Of a stretch of 64,000 nt of DNA, positions 1-10,446 are shown in pieces. The first letter of the stretch is position 1; every line of letters begins with the position of its first letter. A program made the translations under genes and the position numbers. The stretch lies in the IMG/VR virus record IMGVR_UViG_3300027708_000012, positions 248,001 to 312,000 of that record. One strand, written 5' to 3'. Under the pieces are notes generated by a model. That model ran no database searches. It was given only the letters and a program-made list of their open reading frames with translations, and was not told the DNA's origin.

Positions 1-96
1 CTGACTCATTTTTAGTATCCTGTGTTGGTGGCAAATATTTAGCACCATACGGTTGCGGCTGATAAATATTGTATATTATTAATAAGGATATTAAAT

Positions 97-420
97 ATGA
101 CCTATACTACTACGAGTACTTGTCTTAGACCCAGTTCTCAAGAGAAATTCTGGACTTTTGAATTACAAGACTCTATAGATAATATTCCGTACGAGTCCGG
201 AGCCGATGCTTATATAAAAGCAAAATATATCGATACTAACAAACTTCTTTCTCTGGGTTTTAGTGGAGCAGCTTACCCTCATGGATTAGAAAAAATAGTT
301 ACTAGAGAATGGGCGTCTGAAAATGATGCGATGGAGTTTTTTTCTGACGAGTTTTTAACGCCTTATTTTGTCAAAAGAGATTTTTATAATGAAACGCACG
401 GACACGTTGTACGTGTATAA
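97..420 (+). CDS. hypothetical protein
   Basis: 107-aa ORF, upstream AAGGA RBS and GATAAATA late-promoter-like motif at 61-68. Confidence 0.7.
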   Translation: MTYTTTSTCLRPSSQEKFWTFELQDSIDNIPYESGADAYIKAKYIDTNKLLSLGFSGAAYPHGLEKIVTREWASENDAMEFFSDEFLTPYFVKRDFYNETHGHVVRV

Positions 421-431
421 TATTTAAAATT

Positions 432-1295
432 ATGTTTAAAAATATACCTAAAGTATTTGCACATGTATCGTCTGTAAAAGATAGCAATTTTGTATTACCT
501 GAATATATTTTAAACTATAGTAATGATACGGCAAATTTGTTTCACAAATATTGTCCGCACAGGATGTATCCGTTAGGTTTGACAGGGGAGCATGTTAACA
601 ACATAACTTGCAAATTTCATAATTTTAAATGGAATAAAGACGGAACGCCTATTAATAATCCAAAAAAATTGCATTGTGGCAGTGCAGAAATAGGTCGCTC
701 CGGATTAGTATTTAAAAATTTTAAAGAACCAAATCATCAATGGGTGGATGATTTAGCCGACGAAAAAAACTTAGTATACAGTCATTCTTGTCGCGGCGAA
801 AGCAAAGGTAGTTGGTTATGGTTAATGGATGCCGAAGCAGATTACCTGCATATATATGGTGGGCAAGTACACCCTCGACTATCTTCTATCATTGATCTAG
901 AAGAATCAATAATGGATCAAGGAGAAGGATGGATTTATCAAGAGCACACTCCGGGCTGGTGGTCAGTATATATCTATCCGTATACTTTTATAGAACATAC
1001 AGATGGGTGTTTATCTGTAAACTATGTGGTACCGTCTAATTCAATTGATGAGTATGGGTTTGAGTGGATCACACAATTTTATTACGACCCGACAGTATCG
1101 ACTGATCTTAGAGAAGAATTTGAAACTCTAGAAACTGTATTCAGAGAAGATGTAGCTGTTGCTGAATTGCAGAAAGGAAATTATTTTCCTTTAATGAAAG
1201 CTATGAATCGCTACGAAGATCACTGTGTTCATTTTGGTCAGTGGTTTCGGAACCACCGATTGCCGCCATCAATCGAGATTCAGAAAGTAGAATAG
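432..1295 (+). CDS. Rieske non-heme iron oxygenase, alpha-subunit-like
   Basis: Rieske motif CPH-x17-CKFH; mononuclear iron ligands DYLH...VH and a C-terminal ED. Confidence 0.8.
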   Translation: MFKNIPKVFAHVSSVKDSNFVLPEYILNYSNDTANLFHKYCPHRMYPLGLTGEHVNNITCKFHNFKWNKDGTPINNPKKLHCGSAEIGRSGLVFKNFKEPNHQWVDDLADEKNLVYSHSCRGESKGSWLWLMDAEADYLHIYGGQVHPRLSSIIDLEESIMDQGEGWIYQEHTPGWWSVYIYPYTFIEHTDGCLSVNYVVPSNSIDEYGFEWITQFYYDPTVSTDLREEFETLETVFREDVAVAELQKGNYFPLMKAMNRYEDHCVHFGQWFRNHRLPPSIEIQKVE

Positions 1296-2172
1296 TTTCT
1301 GTTCTAACTCTAGTAAGAATATTTTTCATACCAAATTCAAGCATGAATCGTGGTTTTGATAATGCACCCGGTTCAAGGTCTCCTTCAAATCCTACCATTT
1401 TTTGTCTTGTTTGAATAGAAGGCCACCATTCTTGATGTATCCGTGCCTTACTGCTGCTTATTGATAATTTTCCAGGAATCAAATCGTTTATTAAATTTTG
1501 AACTATTGGCAAACGTGTATGCGCTACAGTTAGCTCAGGTGAATATTCAAACCAATCTGGAATGGCCGGCCTTCCTATAGTTTTGTGGTAAACAGACCAG
1601 TGCCGTGGACCTTCTGCAAATTCAAAAACCCAAGGACGTTTATTTGTCATATCTCTACTAGTTCTACGCCAATACGGCTCCCCGCTACCCATAATTGGTA
1701 ACCCATCACAATATTCTGTCATTTTCATATGCGGTAACCAGCCAGTGCTATTACTATAGCATTTGGTCCAAATATCATATGCTTCTTGTTCAAAAAATTT
1801 CTGTAAATTAAAGTCAATAACTTTTGGAGTTATATTTAACTCCTCGCATATTTTAAATGCATATGCAAGCTCTTTCCAATTGTAGTCATTTTCATATTTA
1901 AAAATATAAACATTGATTGGTATTTTTAAATCATGGTGTATACGCAATATAATTTCACTATCGACTCCGCCGGAAAATAAAAGATCTAATTCACCGGTGA
2001 ATGTATCTCGTATTGCTTTTGCATTTTCTACTAGTTCTTCATAATAACTCTTTATTGGACGTTTTATAACATTTTTAATTTTAATGCTATATTTAGAAGA
2101 AGGGCGTAGCTTTGGGCCGTAATCTTCTCCGTTATCATATGTCCATGCGAACCAGTTATCTCTGTAAAACAT
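1201..2172 (-). CDS. PP-loop adenine nucleotide alpha-hydrolase (asparagine-synthase-like)
   Basis: LLFSGGVDSE PP-loop; start moved to MFYRDNW (2172) to avoid overlap with the divergent gene. Confidence 0.65.
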   Translation of the reverse strand: MFYRDNWFAWTYDNGEDYGPKLRPSSKYSIKIKNVIKRPIKSYYEELVENAKAIRDTFTGELDLLFSGGVDSEIILRIHHDLKIPINVYIFKYENDYNWKELAYAFKICEELNITPKVIDFNLQKFFEQEAYDIWTKCYSNSTGWLPHMKMTEYCDGLPIMGSGEPYWRRTSRDMTNKRPWVFEFAEGPRHWSVYHKTIGRPAIPDWFEYSPELTVAHTRLPIVQNLINDLIPGKLSISSSKARIHQEWWPSIQTRQKMVGFEGDLEPGALSKPRFMLEFGMKNILTRVRTETILLSESRLMAAIGGSETTDQNEHSDLRSDS

Positions 2173-2248
2173 AAAGTTCCTTTGCGTAGGATATTTATTA
2201 GAACAATTAAAGCTATTGATAAATACCGATATAGCTGAGGAAGATAGC

Positions 2249-3049
2249 ATGTCTAGCAAAAATTTAAGCATTTTAAAATCTTTATGGTATCCAAGAGAAT
2301 GGTTTTTCATTGCCATGCAACTGTTAGCCGCGGGTGTATTTGTTTGGGCATTGCTTAATCCTGCAGGATTAAACTATTGGTTATTATCATTTTTTGGATA
2401 TTTTTTAATCACATGTCTGGGTATCACTGTAACATTCCACAGACTTTTAGCACACCGATCTTATAGATTAACAAAATTTCTAGTTCGTCTTTTTAGTTTT
2501 TTTGGCAATATTGGCTGTACTGGAAGTAGTGTAGGATGGGTATTTGTACATCGTGAACATCATAGGCATGCTGACCAAGAAGGTGATCCGCATAGTCCAG
2601 TAGTTTTAGGGCCAATTGGTGCAATTGTTGGAGATTATGGCACTCCTTTTAATAAGTGGTCAGTCAAAGATATTATTAATGATCCAATCCAACGTTTAAT
2701 GCATGAATATTATATTCTAATGATTTTAACTTTGCTAGTAGTCTTGTTTGTAATCGATCCGTTACTAGCAGTATACTTGTTTTTAATTCCAGTATTTTTT
2801 AATACTATTGCTTCACGTTTTAGTAACTGGATTGATCACGATCCTAAATTTGGTACACGCCCTGTTAATACTAGAGACGCAAGTCATAATGTATGGTGGT
2901 GGTCCTATCTAACATTTGGTGAAGGATGGCACAATAATCATCATGCCTATCCAGGGAATTATCGTATTGGTCAAAAATGGTACCAATTTGATCCTGGTCG
3001 CTATGTTATTGAAACTCTAATCTTTTTAAAATTAGCACATCCTAGATAA
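2249..3049 (+). CDS. membrane fatty-acid desaturase (delta-9 type)
   Basis: Three His boxes HRLLAH, HREHH, HNNHH plus hydrophobic segments; start at MSSKN after late-promoter motif 2217-2224. Confidence 0.9.
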   Translation: MSSKNLSILKSLWYPREWFFIAMQLLAAGVFVWALLNPAGLNYWLLSFFGYFLITCLGITVTFHRLLAHRSYRLTKFLVRLFSFFGNIGCTGSSVGWVFVHREHHRHADQEGDPHSPVVLGPIGAIVGDYGTPFNKWSVKDIINDPIQRLMHEYYILMILTLLVVLFVIDPLLAVYLFLIPVFFNTIASRFSNWIDHDPKFGTRPVNTRDASHNVWWWSYLTFGEGWHNNHHAYPGNYRIGQKWYQFDPGRYVIETLIFLKLAHPR

Positions 3050-3052
3050 AGT

Positions 3053-3610
3053 ATGGAACATTTTCGAGAAATTGAAATAGAAGATTTTGATACTATTGTT
3101 CAAAAATCTCTTGAATTTATTACATCCCAGACATTCTTTAATAATCCTAAACAAGATTGTTTTCATTATTTAGACTATGATGAGTTTATAAAGCATTGCC
3201 CTGAAATCCTGACGGCTTTTAGAATGTATAACATAACTCCTATCAGATTTTCAGCGTTCTGGATGACTAAAGACAGCGAATGTTTAATACACATAGATAG
3301 TCCTAATTACAATGCTCGTGTTAATTTACCTATTTTAAATTGCGATAATTCTGCAACAGCATTTTACAGTGCTAAGATTTTAGATCCTATAGTACAAACC
3401 AATGGACTTACGCTATATCCGTGCGATCAAGAAAGTGCGGTTGAAGTAGAAAGGATAACTATAAAAAAAGCTACAGTAATTAAAATTAATAGTCCGCACA
3501 AAGTTATTATGTTTACGGACGGAATACCACGTTTAACTTTATCAATACAGTTTGATAAAGATCCGGTATTCCTTATAACACCTATCAGTATTGTTTATTC
3601 ACCACTATGA
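3053..3610 (+). CDS. cupin / 2OG-Fe(II) oxygenase-like protein
   Basis: HID...PH facial triad; paralog of 4172-4714. Confidence 0.55.
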   Translation: MEHFREIEIEDFDTIVQKSLEFITSQTFFNNPKQDCFHYLDYDEFIKHCPEILTAFRMYNITPIRFSAFWMTKDSECLIHIDSPNYNARVNLPILNCDNSATAFYSAKILDPIVQTNGLTLYPCDQESAVEVERITIKKATVIKINSPHKVIMFTDGIPRLTLSIQFDKDPVFLITPISIVYSPL

Positions 3611-4185
3611 AAGATATTTACGATTTAACATCTATTTTATCATTAAATGATTTTCCTTGGATCGAGGTACAAAACGGTTTGATTGAAAGTGAAAACTTCC
3701 CGTCTGGATTTTATGGTATTAAAAAAGATGGTACCATGGGATATACTGTTTCTTTAACAGTTCAAAAAAATTCTGGTCCTTACCGTTGGTATATGTTAGA
3801 AATTTCTGAAGAGTGGGTAGACCATGAAAATAAAAAAAATTTCCCTTTGCTCTGTCAGTGGATAAAAAATTCCAATATATTTAAAAATACCGGAAGAATA
3901 ATATTTTTTGTCCAACCTCCTAATATTTCAACACCGGCTCATATAGATGAAGATTTATCTCGAGCACCAACAGAATATCAGAAGCCAAGGGAATTTATTT
4001 GGTTAACTCACCCAGACACCGGTAAGCAACTGTTTGTTAATAATACGCCTGCGCCATACGCCTGTTGGTTTAATAGCTACACGCTACATTCTTCAACTCC
4101 ATCAGAATTTATAACTTGGAGTTTGCGAATTGATGGAAATTTTACTGATAATTTTAAAAAGCTAATAGGATATGAAATATTATAA
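3607..4185 (+). CDS. 2OG-Fe(II) oxygenase-like protein (Asp/Asn beta-hydroxylase-like)
   Basis: PAHID...LHS motif. Confidence 0.5.
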   Translation: MKDIYDLTSILSLNDFPWIEVQNGLIESENFPSGFYGIKKDGTMGYTVSLTVQKNSGPYRWYMLEISEEWVDHENKKNFPLLCQWIKNSNIFKNTGRIIFFVQPPNISTPAHIDEDLSRAPTEYQKPREFIWLTHPDTGKQLFVNNTPAPYACWFNSYTLHSSTPSEFITWSLRIDGNFTDNFKKLIGYEIL

Positions 4186-4714
4186 AAAAATACCTTTAGA
4201 TTTTTTTGACATAATTGTTGCTAAATCACTGGCTTACATTCAGAAACATGATGACATTTACTATAGGAAAAAATCAGCATCTTTTTATCCTCTTAACACA
4301 ACTGAATTATTAACAGTTTGTCCAGAAATTAATCTAGCATTTGCTAATTATAATATTGTATGTAACTATGCCAGTGCGTATGTTACTTATAAAACTTCTG
4401 ATAATAATGTTCATATTGATGACTGGCATCATAAAGCTAGAATTAATTTACCAATTTTGAACTGTAAAAATACATATACTAATTTTTATAGTAATGTAAA
4501 AACTGAAAAGATAACAAACACGAGTACTGGGTTATCTCATTACAAAGTAATTAATACTGATTATATTTTAGATGATGCTGTAGAAATGGATAGTGCTACA
4601 GTTATTATGGTATCGCAAGGGCATAAAGTTGTCATGAACACCGATGTTGCTCCTAGGATTACACTTTCTTTAGGATTTGATAAAGATCCTGTTTTCATTA
4701 TTCATAATGAATAA
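4172..4714 (+). CDS. cupin / 2OG-Fe(II) oxygenase-like protein
   Basis: VHID..ARINLPILNC..GHKV, shared with 3053-3610. Confidence 0.55.
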   Translation: MKYYKKIPLDFFDIIVAKSLAYIQKHDDIYYRKKSASFYPLNTTELLTVCPEINLAFANYNIVCNYASAYVTYKTSDNNVHIDDWHHKARINLPILNCKNTYTNFYSNVKTEKITNTSTGLSHYKVINTDYILDDAVEMDSATVIMVSQGHKVVMNTDVAPRITLSLGFDKDPVFIIHNE

Positions 4715-5306
4715 AAGACGAGAAGGTTTGTTGACTTTCTTTTATAACTGATTCGTATTTGTTAATTTTAAAATTTCCGTAGTAAACAATTAATTGTTTG
4801 TGGTGTCCGTACCAAAAATCAGTTCCGTGTTTTGATTTATTATCCCAGTATAACCATGTATTGGATTCTTGGGGTAGTGTTTGATACAGAGTTTTATCTC
4901 CTGCCTTATAATAAAACGTAGGTTTGAAATTATTATCATATAGCATTGACCTAACGCTAATAGCAGGAACAGTGTGATCTTGATGAGGAATCACTGTAGC
5001 AAGACTGGACACTACTCGCATTACTTTAATTTCCATAGGAAATTCATCTAGGTTATCAAATAGACTAGGAAATAATTCAGGACAGTTTACATTAGTTGAC
5101 CTATACCCAGTCATTGCTTCTGGATCAGCGCCAGGCGCAACGTAGATATCAAAACCTCTCCAAAGTGCTCCGGTTTCATTATGATTTACTGCTACTTTAG
5201 GCACACGCTTACCTTCAGTTAGCCAAATTTTCCACCAAGCAGACCAATCTGTTGGTTGTATCTTAGGCCAAACTATAGGAGATGATATTATTTTTAAGTC
5301 GTTCAT
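4698..5306 (-). CDS. cupin / oxygenase-like hypothetical protein
   Basis: PHQD...KHG motif. Confidence 0.45.
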   Translation of the reverse strand: MNDLKIISSPIVWPKIQPTDWSAWWKIWLTEGKRVPKVAVNHNETGALWRGFDIYVAPGADPEAMTGYRSTNVNCPELFPSLFDNLDEFPMEIKVMRVVSSLATVIPHQDHTVPAISVRSMLYDNNFKPTFYYKAGDKTLYQTLPQESNTWLYWDNKSKHGTDFWYGHHKQLIVYYGNFKINKYESVIKESQQTFSSFIHYE

Positions 5307-5380
5307 AGCTTTATAAATATGTGTACATTAAATATTTATGCTGAAAATAAACTCTTAAAAATAATATAAAGGAATACACA

Positions 5381-6145
5381 ATGCATTTTGGATCTACTTC
5401 TAAAAATATCAATATATTCATGATGCTAGTTGCTATCTTTTCTATTTTAGGTTTATTTTATTTTCAATTTTCATTAATAAATTTTTCTATAACGCTTGTT
5501 AGTTTTTATATTTTAAATATACTAGGCAACTGGATGATGTTACATCGATATTATTCTCATCGTTCTTTTGAATTCAAGCATGATAGTGTGAGGAAATTTT
5601 TTACACTATTAAGTATATTAGCAGGAAGAGGAAGTCCTATTGGTTGGGTATATGTACATAGACAACATCATGCATACAGTGATACTGATAAAGATCCTCA
5701 CAGCCCTAAGATATTAGGATATTATAAATTATTTAGATCCAGACATCGAGAACAGGTAGAATCTGAAAAAATGAAAATCTTTTTAGTTAAAGATTTGATG
5801 AATAGCGAACAATTGTTTATACACAAATATTACATACTTTTTTTATTAGGATTTGGTTTGCTAGTAGGAGCATGCAGTATACAAGTACTGTACTTTGTTT
5901 GGATTTTGCCTTTATTTTTTGTGCATATGAGTCAGTTACATTTTAATTATTTTGGCCATATGTTTGGATACAGAACTTATCAAACAAAAGATGATAGCAG
6001 AAATAACAAATGGCTTTTTCCGTTTGTTCTTGGAGAAGCTTGGCACAACAACCATCATGCAAATCCAAAAGATATTTCTACAAAAAATAAACCTACAGAA
6101 TTTGATCCACTATCGTTCGTAATTAAATTTATTAAGGCGGATTAA
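5381..6145 (+). CDS. membrane fatty-acid desaturase
   Basis: His boxes HRYYSH, HRQHH, HNNHH. Confidence 0.9.
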   Translation: MHFGSTSKNINIFMMLVAIFSILGLFYFQFSLINFSITLVSFYILNILGNWMMLHRYYSHRSFEFKHDSVRKFFTLLSILAGRGSPIGWVYVHRQHHAYSDTDKDPHSPKILGYYKLFRSRHREQVESEKMKIFLVKDLMNSEQLFIHKYYILFLLGFGLLVGACSIQVLYFVWILPLFFVHMSQLHFNYFGHMFGYRTYQTKDDSRNNKWLFPFVLGEAWHNNHHANPKDISTKNKPTEFDPLSFVIKFIKAD

Positions 6146-6149
6146 TAAA

Positions 6150-6800
6150 TTATTCTTTTGGTATAATAGGTTTTGATTGTAATTCTTCTATAGAATACGG
6201 ACTAGTGTCTTTTTCTATCTCACTTACGTCGGTATAATCTTGCCTAAATTCTTCTTTAAGTATTCTATGTTTGACTGTCATAGCATCGGGTTTTGTTTGC
6301 TCACCTAGTAGTTTGTATAAGAATATCGATTCTGGAATAGTATTTTCTGGAATATGTGCGTAAGTGACTAAATTATACCTTCCTGTTTTAACCCAAGGAT
6401 TTTTTAACCATTGTCTTTGATAAACGTGTTCTAATCTTGATGCAATAACATAAAAATAATCCCAGTACTTTCTACGCTCTGCAATTTCGAAACAACCTTT
6501 CATTAAGTATCCCAATTCAGGTTTATCAAATGATAGTATATTATTGAATCGATTTGCCCACAATGAAGTGATAGTCCACAAGTTTATATTATCATATCTT
6601 GCAAAGCGTAAAGTGGCCCAACTTATTAATTTATCATCCTCATAATAACCCAATGCTAGTGCTCGCGGACTAGTTGTAAAATAATAGTAAAAACGTTCAT
6701 TTAACCGATCAGTTTTTGAAGTTCCGCCGACTCTTTCTTTAAGATTGGTCATGGCCATGGCTTCTCTAAAATCCATAATATTGAGAACTTTTAATTTCAT
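6150..6800 (-). CDS. hypothetical protein, possibly GNAT fold
   Basis: ORF; start moved to MKLKVLN (6800); function weakly inferred. Confidence 0.5.
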   Translation of the reverse strand: MKLKVLNIMDFREAMAMTNLKERVGGTSKTDRLNERFYYYFTTSPRALALGYYEDDKLISWATLRFARYDNINLWTITSLWANRFNNILSFDKPELGYLMKGCFEIAERRKYWDYFYVIASRLEHVYQRQWLKNPWVKTGRYNLVTYAHIPENTIPESIFLYKLLGEQTKPDAMTVKHRILKEEFRQDYTDVSEIEKDTSPYSIEELQSKPIIPKE

Positions 6801-6823
6801 AGGGTTGGGTATTCTATAAGTAT

Positions 6824-7429
6824 ATGTGTATGTATGCAATTTACGAATATAAAGATATCAATCGTGACTATTTTTTTGAATTTTTAAAAAAAGAGTTTCT
6901 AGAATATAAACACCCTGCCCGTGTGAACATATGGCACGACGACTGGCAAGAGTATCCAAATACACTTCCTTATCTATTAGAAATTACCAAAAGATTTAAT
7001 TCTGATAAAGGTAATTTTTTTATAATAACCGACGACGACAAAATTGTAGGTTGTAGCGGAGTGTATAAAAGTGACTTTAATGATAGAATAGCGATAGCTG
7101 GTGTTAGATCCTGGCTTAGTAAAAAATATAGAAATAAAAATTTGTTAAAAAAATTCTTATTTCCTAAACATAAAGAATGGGCGTTAAAAAATAATTGCGG
7201 GCAGATTGCTTTGTGTTTCAATGATTACAATAAAAACTTAATAGAGATTTTTAAAAGAACAAGGTTGTCTGAATCAGCCTTGAGAATTAAAAGTAGAGGT
7301 CCTGCTGATTTATTTTATACAGGTCTCCACGAAGTTGATGTTCCGGTAAATATACAATATACCCAACAATGGGTTATTTATGAAAAACTAGATTCTAAAT
7401 TTGATTTTGATTGGAAGATATTATTATGA
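6824..7429 (+). CDS. GNAT-like acetyltransferase
   Basis: IVGCSGV...RSWLSKKYRNKNL resembles the GNAT acetyl-CoA binding motif. Confidence 0.5.
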   Translation: MCMYAIYEYKDINRDYFFEFLKKEFLEYKHPARVNIWHDDWQEYPNTLPYLLEITKRFNSDKGNFFIITDDDKIVGCSGVYKSDFNDRIAIAGVRSWLSKKYRNKNLLKKFLFPKHKEWALKNNCGQIALCFNDYNKNLIEIFKRTRLSESALRIKSRGPADLFYTGLHEVDVPVNIQYTQQWVIYEKLDSKFDFDWKILL

Positions 7430-7947
7430 ATAGTTATTGCATTGATTTAAATTGGAACATTCCTTTATTATCCCCAACCGTCGATATTAATATTTTTAAA
7501 AAACAATATCATACAAAAGGCAGTATTACTGATATTCATCCGTTAATGTTAGAACACCTTAATAAAAAGGGAATAACTGTATCTTTATTAGAAACATTTT
7601 ATTCAAAACCTTATTATCATCAAGGAATACATATCGATGCAGCTGGCGGAGATTACGCAAAACTAAATTGGGTATTTGGCGGACAGGATAGTTTAATGTA
7701 TTGGTATAATTTGAAAGAAGGCGCAACTGTTGAAATTAAAACTAACAGTATAGGTAAACAATATTCTGAATATAATAAAGATCAAGTTGATTTAGTACAT
7801 TCGCAACAAATTGGTACTCCTAGCTTAATTCAAGTTGGTGTACCTCATAATATAATAAATGGTCCTGAAGAAAGATTGTGCATATGTCTTGTACCAATAA
7901 AAAATGGTAGAATACCTATGCAGGAAGCAATCAATTTATTGATGTAG
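7426..7947 (+). CDS. cupin / 2OG-Fe(II) oxygenase-like protein
   Basis: GIHID...VPHN; ATGA overlap with upstream stop fixes the start at 7426. Confidence 0.55.
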   Translation: MNSYCIDLNWNIPLLSPTVDINIFKKQYHTKGSITDIHPLMLEHLNKKGITVSLLETFYSKPYYHQGIHIDAAGGDYAKLNWVFGGQDSLMYWYNLKEGATVEIKTNSIGKQYSEYNKDQVDLVHSQQIGTPSLIQVGVPHNIINGPEERLCICLVPIKNGRIPMQEAINLLM

Positions 7948-7956
7948 CTAATTCAC

Positions 7957-9027
7957 TTAGGCAAGCACAACCCATGCTCCATTCTGACGTGCTGTGATTT
8001 TACTAGTTGAACTATCATAGAACATCATACCATTTAATGGAACTACTACGGCAGCATCGGCCGCCGCCGTTCCTGCAAATGTAGGAAGTATAGGCATTAC
8101 ACCAAATTGTATACTAGTTGCTGTATTTATTTGTGTAGATATATAAGTACCCGAAGTAGTTCTACAAGTGATTCTTAAATCGGCTTGAAACTGACTTGGC
8201 GATACTGTGCCGTATACATTTGAGTTTATAGTTGCTCCTGGAGATAGTACTGTACCATCGTATCCCATAAATCTTATTGTATGAATTCGATCACCTGTTG
8301 CTACAGCTAATGGTACCGCTTGAGTGCCTGCGTGTCTACCAAAATTAGTATAAGTGCTTAACGATGCACTTGGAATATAAGAGTAAACACCGAGTGAAGT
8401 TCCGCCGGGAGTATATTGTGCCAATCTAACTCCCATATCTGCATCTATTTCTAGTGGTGTATTTAAAACTCCTGTACCGTCTGCTAACTGAAATATCATC
8501 CTTCCTGGTACGGTACTAGTGGTAATTGGATATTTAGCTGATGCATGTACTATTATATTTGCAGAATTCTTATAAACGGTTCCATTATAACCGTTTGCCG
8601 CAAATCCGCCTAATATATCTCCAGTTATCACTGTTGTAGGAACAGAAATAGTTCCTCTACTGCGTTGCATTAAATAACTTGCTGATCCAGTGCTTGTTGC
8701 AATGTTTGTTCGAACATATCCATTAATAGTTATGTTCCCAGTTCCGTTTATGTTATTTCCATTTAATGCTAATGTTCCGCCGAGCGTAGGATTTGTATCT
8801 TGTGATACAGATGTTATGCCACTTGGATCCCGAAGTTTTAATGTTTGACTAAGACTATCGAAAATTAATCCCGATCCTGCTGATGTAGCTAAAATATTGT
8901 GTCCACCGATAGTAGTGCCGTCCCCAACAAAAAGCTGTTGGGTATCAGTAGTGTAGGCTAATTCACCTGAATCGAGTTGAACTGTTTGTCTTTGGGCGTC
9001 TGTTCCGCGTCTAATACGTAGCGACAT
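7957..9027 (-). CDS. tail fibre / major tropism determinant N-terminal domain protein
   Basis: N-terminal LRIRRGT...GELAYTTDTQQLFVGDG motif typical of phage fibre anchors; G/T/S-rich body. Confidence 0.75.
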   Translation of the reverse strand: MSLRIRRGTDAQRQTVQLDSGELAYTTDTQQLFVGDGTTIGGHNILATSAGSGLIFDSLSQTLKLRDPSGITSVSQDTNPTLGGTLALNGNNINGTGNITINGYVRTNIATSTGSASYLMQRSRGTISVPTTVITGDILGGFAANGYNGTVYKNSANIIVHASAKYPITTSTVPGRMIFQLADGTGVLNTPLEIDADMGVRLAQYTPGGTSLGVYSYIPSASLSTYTNFGRHAGTQAVPLAVATGDRIHTIRFMGYDGTVLSPGATINSNVYGTVSPSQFQADLRITCRTTSGTYISTQINTATSIQFGVMPILPTFAGTAAADAAVVVPLNGMMFYDSSTSKITARQNGAWVVLA

Positions 9028-9124
9028 GGGCTATCTCCGTTATTCTATAAGTGTATTTATTCGAATATACAGAAGCTATAGCCACAAAAATAGGGCCTGC
9101 AGGCCCTATTTTAAACTACTACTA

Positions 9125-9730
9125 TTACATAGTAGGTCCGTTTCCACTCTTAAATCCTATTGTTCCGCCTTCTGCTTCGATGTTCTTTATAACATCTTCA
9201 AACAGAATTGGGGCAAAATCTGGTGTTTGTTCTACACAAACACAATGATAACGAACATCGTTTTCATCGCTGTATAAAACTTCGCCAGTTCTGGCATCTA
9301 CTCCACGAGCTTTTTTCACACGATTTGCGTGAGTATGTCCATGAATGTTAACGCCAAAACGACCCATTGAATCTGAGTGTAACGGAATGTGGCTAAGGAT
9401 CATACCGTTCATAACGTGATAAGCTCTAAGTTCTCTGAAGTACTGACGATACTCGTCGTCCCTAAAGATATCGTGATTACCACGAATTAAAACTTTGTCG
9501 CCGTTAAGTCTGGATAAGACTTTTAACGCTTTCCGATTAATAACAACATCGCCCAAATGGTAGACCTTGTCAGTGGGTTTTACCCGTTCGTTCCACGCCT
9601 TAATCATTGCTTCGTCCATTTCATCTGGATCAGTCCAGGGACGAAGTTTTGTAACACCGTCGTTACGTGTAAAGCGGCATACACCTGTGTGTCCAAAGTG
9701 CGTGTCGCTTACTAAGAATACACTTGGCAT
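9125..9730 (-). CDS. calcineurin-like metallophosphoesterase
   Basis: SDTHFGH, HLGD, GNHD, HGHTH motifs. Confidence 0.9.
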   Translation of the reverse strand: MPSVFLVSDTHFGHTGVCRFTRNDGVTKLRPWTDPDEMDEAMIKAWNERVKPTDKVYHLGDVVINRKALKVLSRLNGDKVLIRGNHDIFRDDEYRQYFRELRAYHVMNGMILSHIPLHSDSMGRFGVNIHGHTHANRVKKARGVDARTGEVLYSDENDVRYHCVCVEQTPDFAPILFEDVIKNIEAEGGTIGFKSGNGPTM

Positions 9731-9745
9731 ATTCGCCTCCTTTCA

Positions 9746-9919
9746 TTAATAAGTTTCTTTTACAATATTGTACTCGCTAGCTGGCCACTTGGCTTTAAAT
9801 TCATCAGTCTTAACATAATCGTTAAATGATTTGGCATCAAAAAACACTTTGTGAAACTCTGTTTTCATTGAACCTTTTTTGGTTACTGTTAAGTAAACCG
9901 ATTTTGCTTTGCCAGCCAT
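9746..9919 (-). CDS. small hypothetical protein (57 aa, MAGKAKSVYL...)
   Basis: Hand-translated ORF below track cutoff, with GAAAGG RBS and upstream sigma70 promoter. Confidence 0.65.
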   Translation of the reverse strand: MAGKAKSVYLTVTKKGSMKTEFHKVFFDAKSFNDYVKTDEFKAKWPASEYNIVKETY

Positions 9920-9945
9920 TGAGTACCTTTCTTGTTTAAGTAGTT

Positions 9946-9974
9946 ATTATACTACTTATTCCGCAATCAGTCAA
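9946..9974 (-). promoter_or_regulatory. sigma70 promoter
   Basis: TTGACT-17 nt-TATAAT. Confidence 0.75.
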
Positions 9975-10446
9975 CCGATCTAAATGTGCGCCAATCGTCG
10001 AGATTTGGCTTTTCATCTGCATCGTAAGTCCAACCTAACACTTTCATCATGCGATGCTTGACTAGCAAGTTAGGACTGCGGAAACGTTCTGTATCATCAA
10101 AGCCCATCATGACGCCTACTTCACAAACTGCACCCGAGCGACAAATACCAGCGTAGCAATGCACAACCACATTCATTCGATTAGCCAATGCATGTTGTAA
10201 CAACCTAACAAGCTCTGCGGCCTGTTCATGACTACATTTCATTTCTTCCTCAAGAACTTCGTCCTTTTCTTCTACATCCAAAAACTCAAAGTTGTGAACT
10301 TCTTTGAACTGATGTTTTGGAACAGGCCGCCAGCTTGCCGGATCGACAATGCTGATCAACATACTATTAGGGCCAGCATCGTGATGAAATCCAATTGGGA
10401 TATCACTTGCAGCTACGTTTTCAATCCAAGGCATTATACTCTCCAA
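9967..10446 (-). CDS. protein-tyrosine / dual-specificity phosphatase-like
   Basis: HCYAGICRS (CX5R) active-site loop. Confidence 0.8.
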   Translation of the reverse strand: MESIMPWIENVAASDIPIGFHHDAGPNSMLISIVDPASWRPVPKHQFKEVHNFEFLDVEEKDEVLEEEMKCSHEQAAELVRLLQHALANRMNVVVHCYAGICRSGAVCEVGVMMGFDDTERFRSPNLLVKHRMMKVLGWTYDADEKPNLDDWRTFRSVD

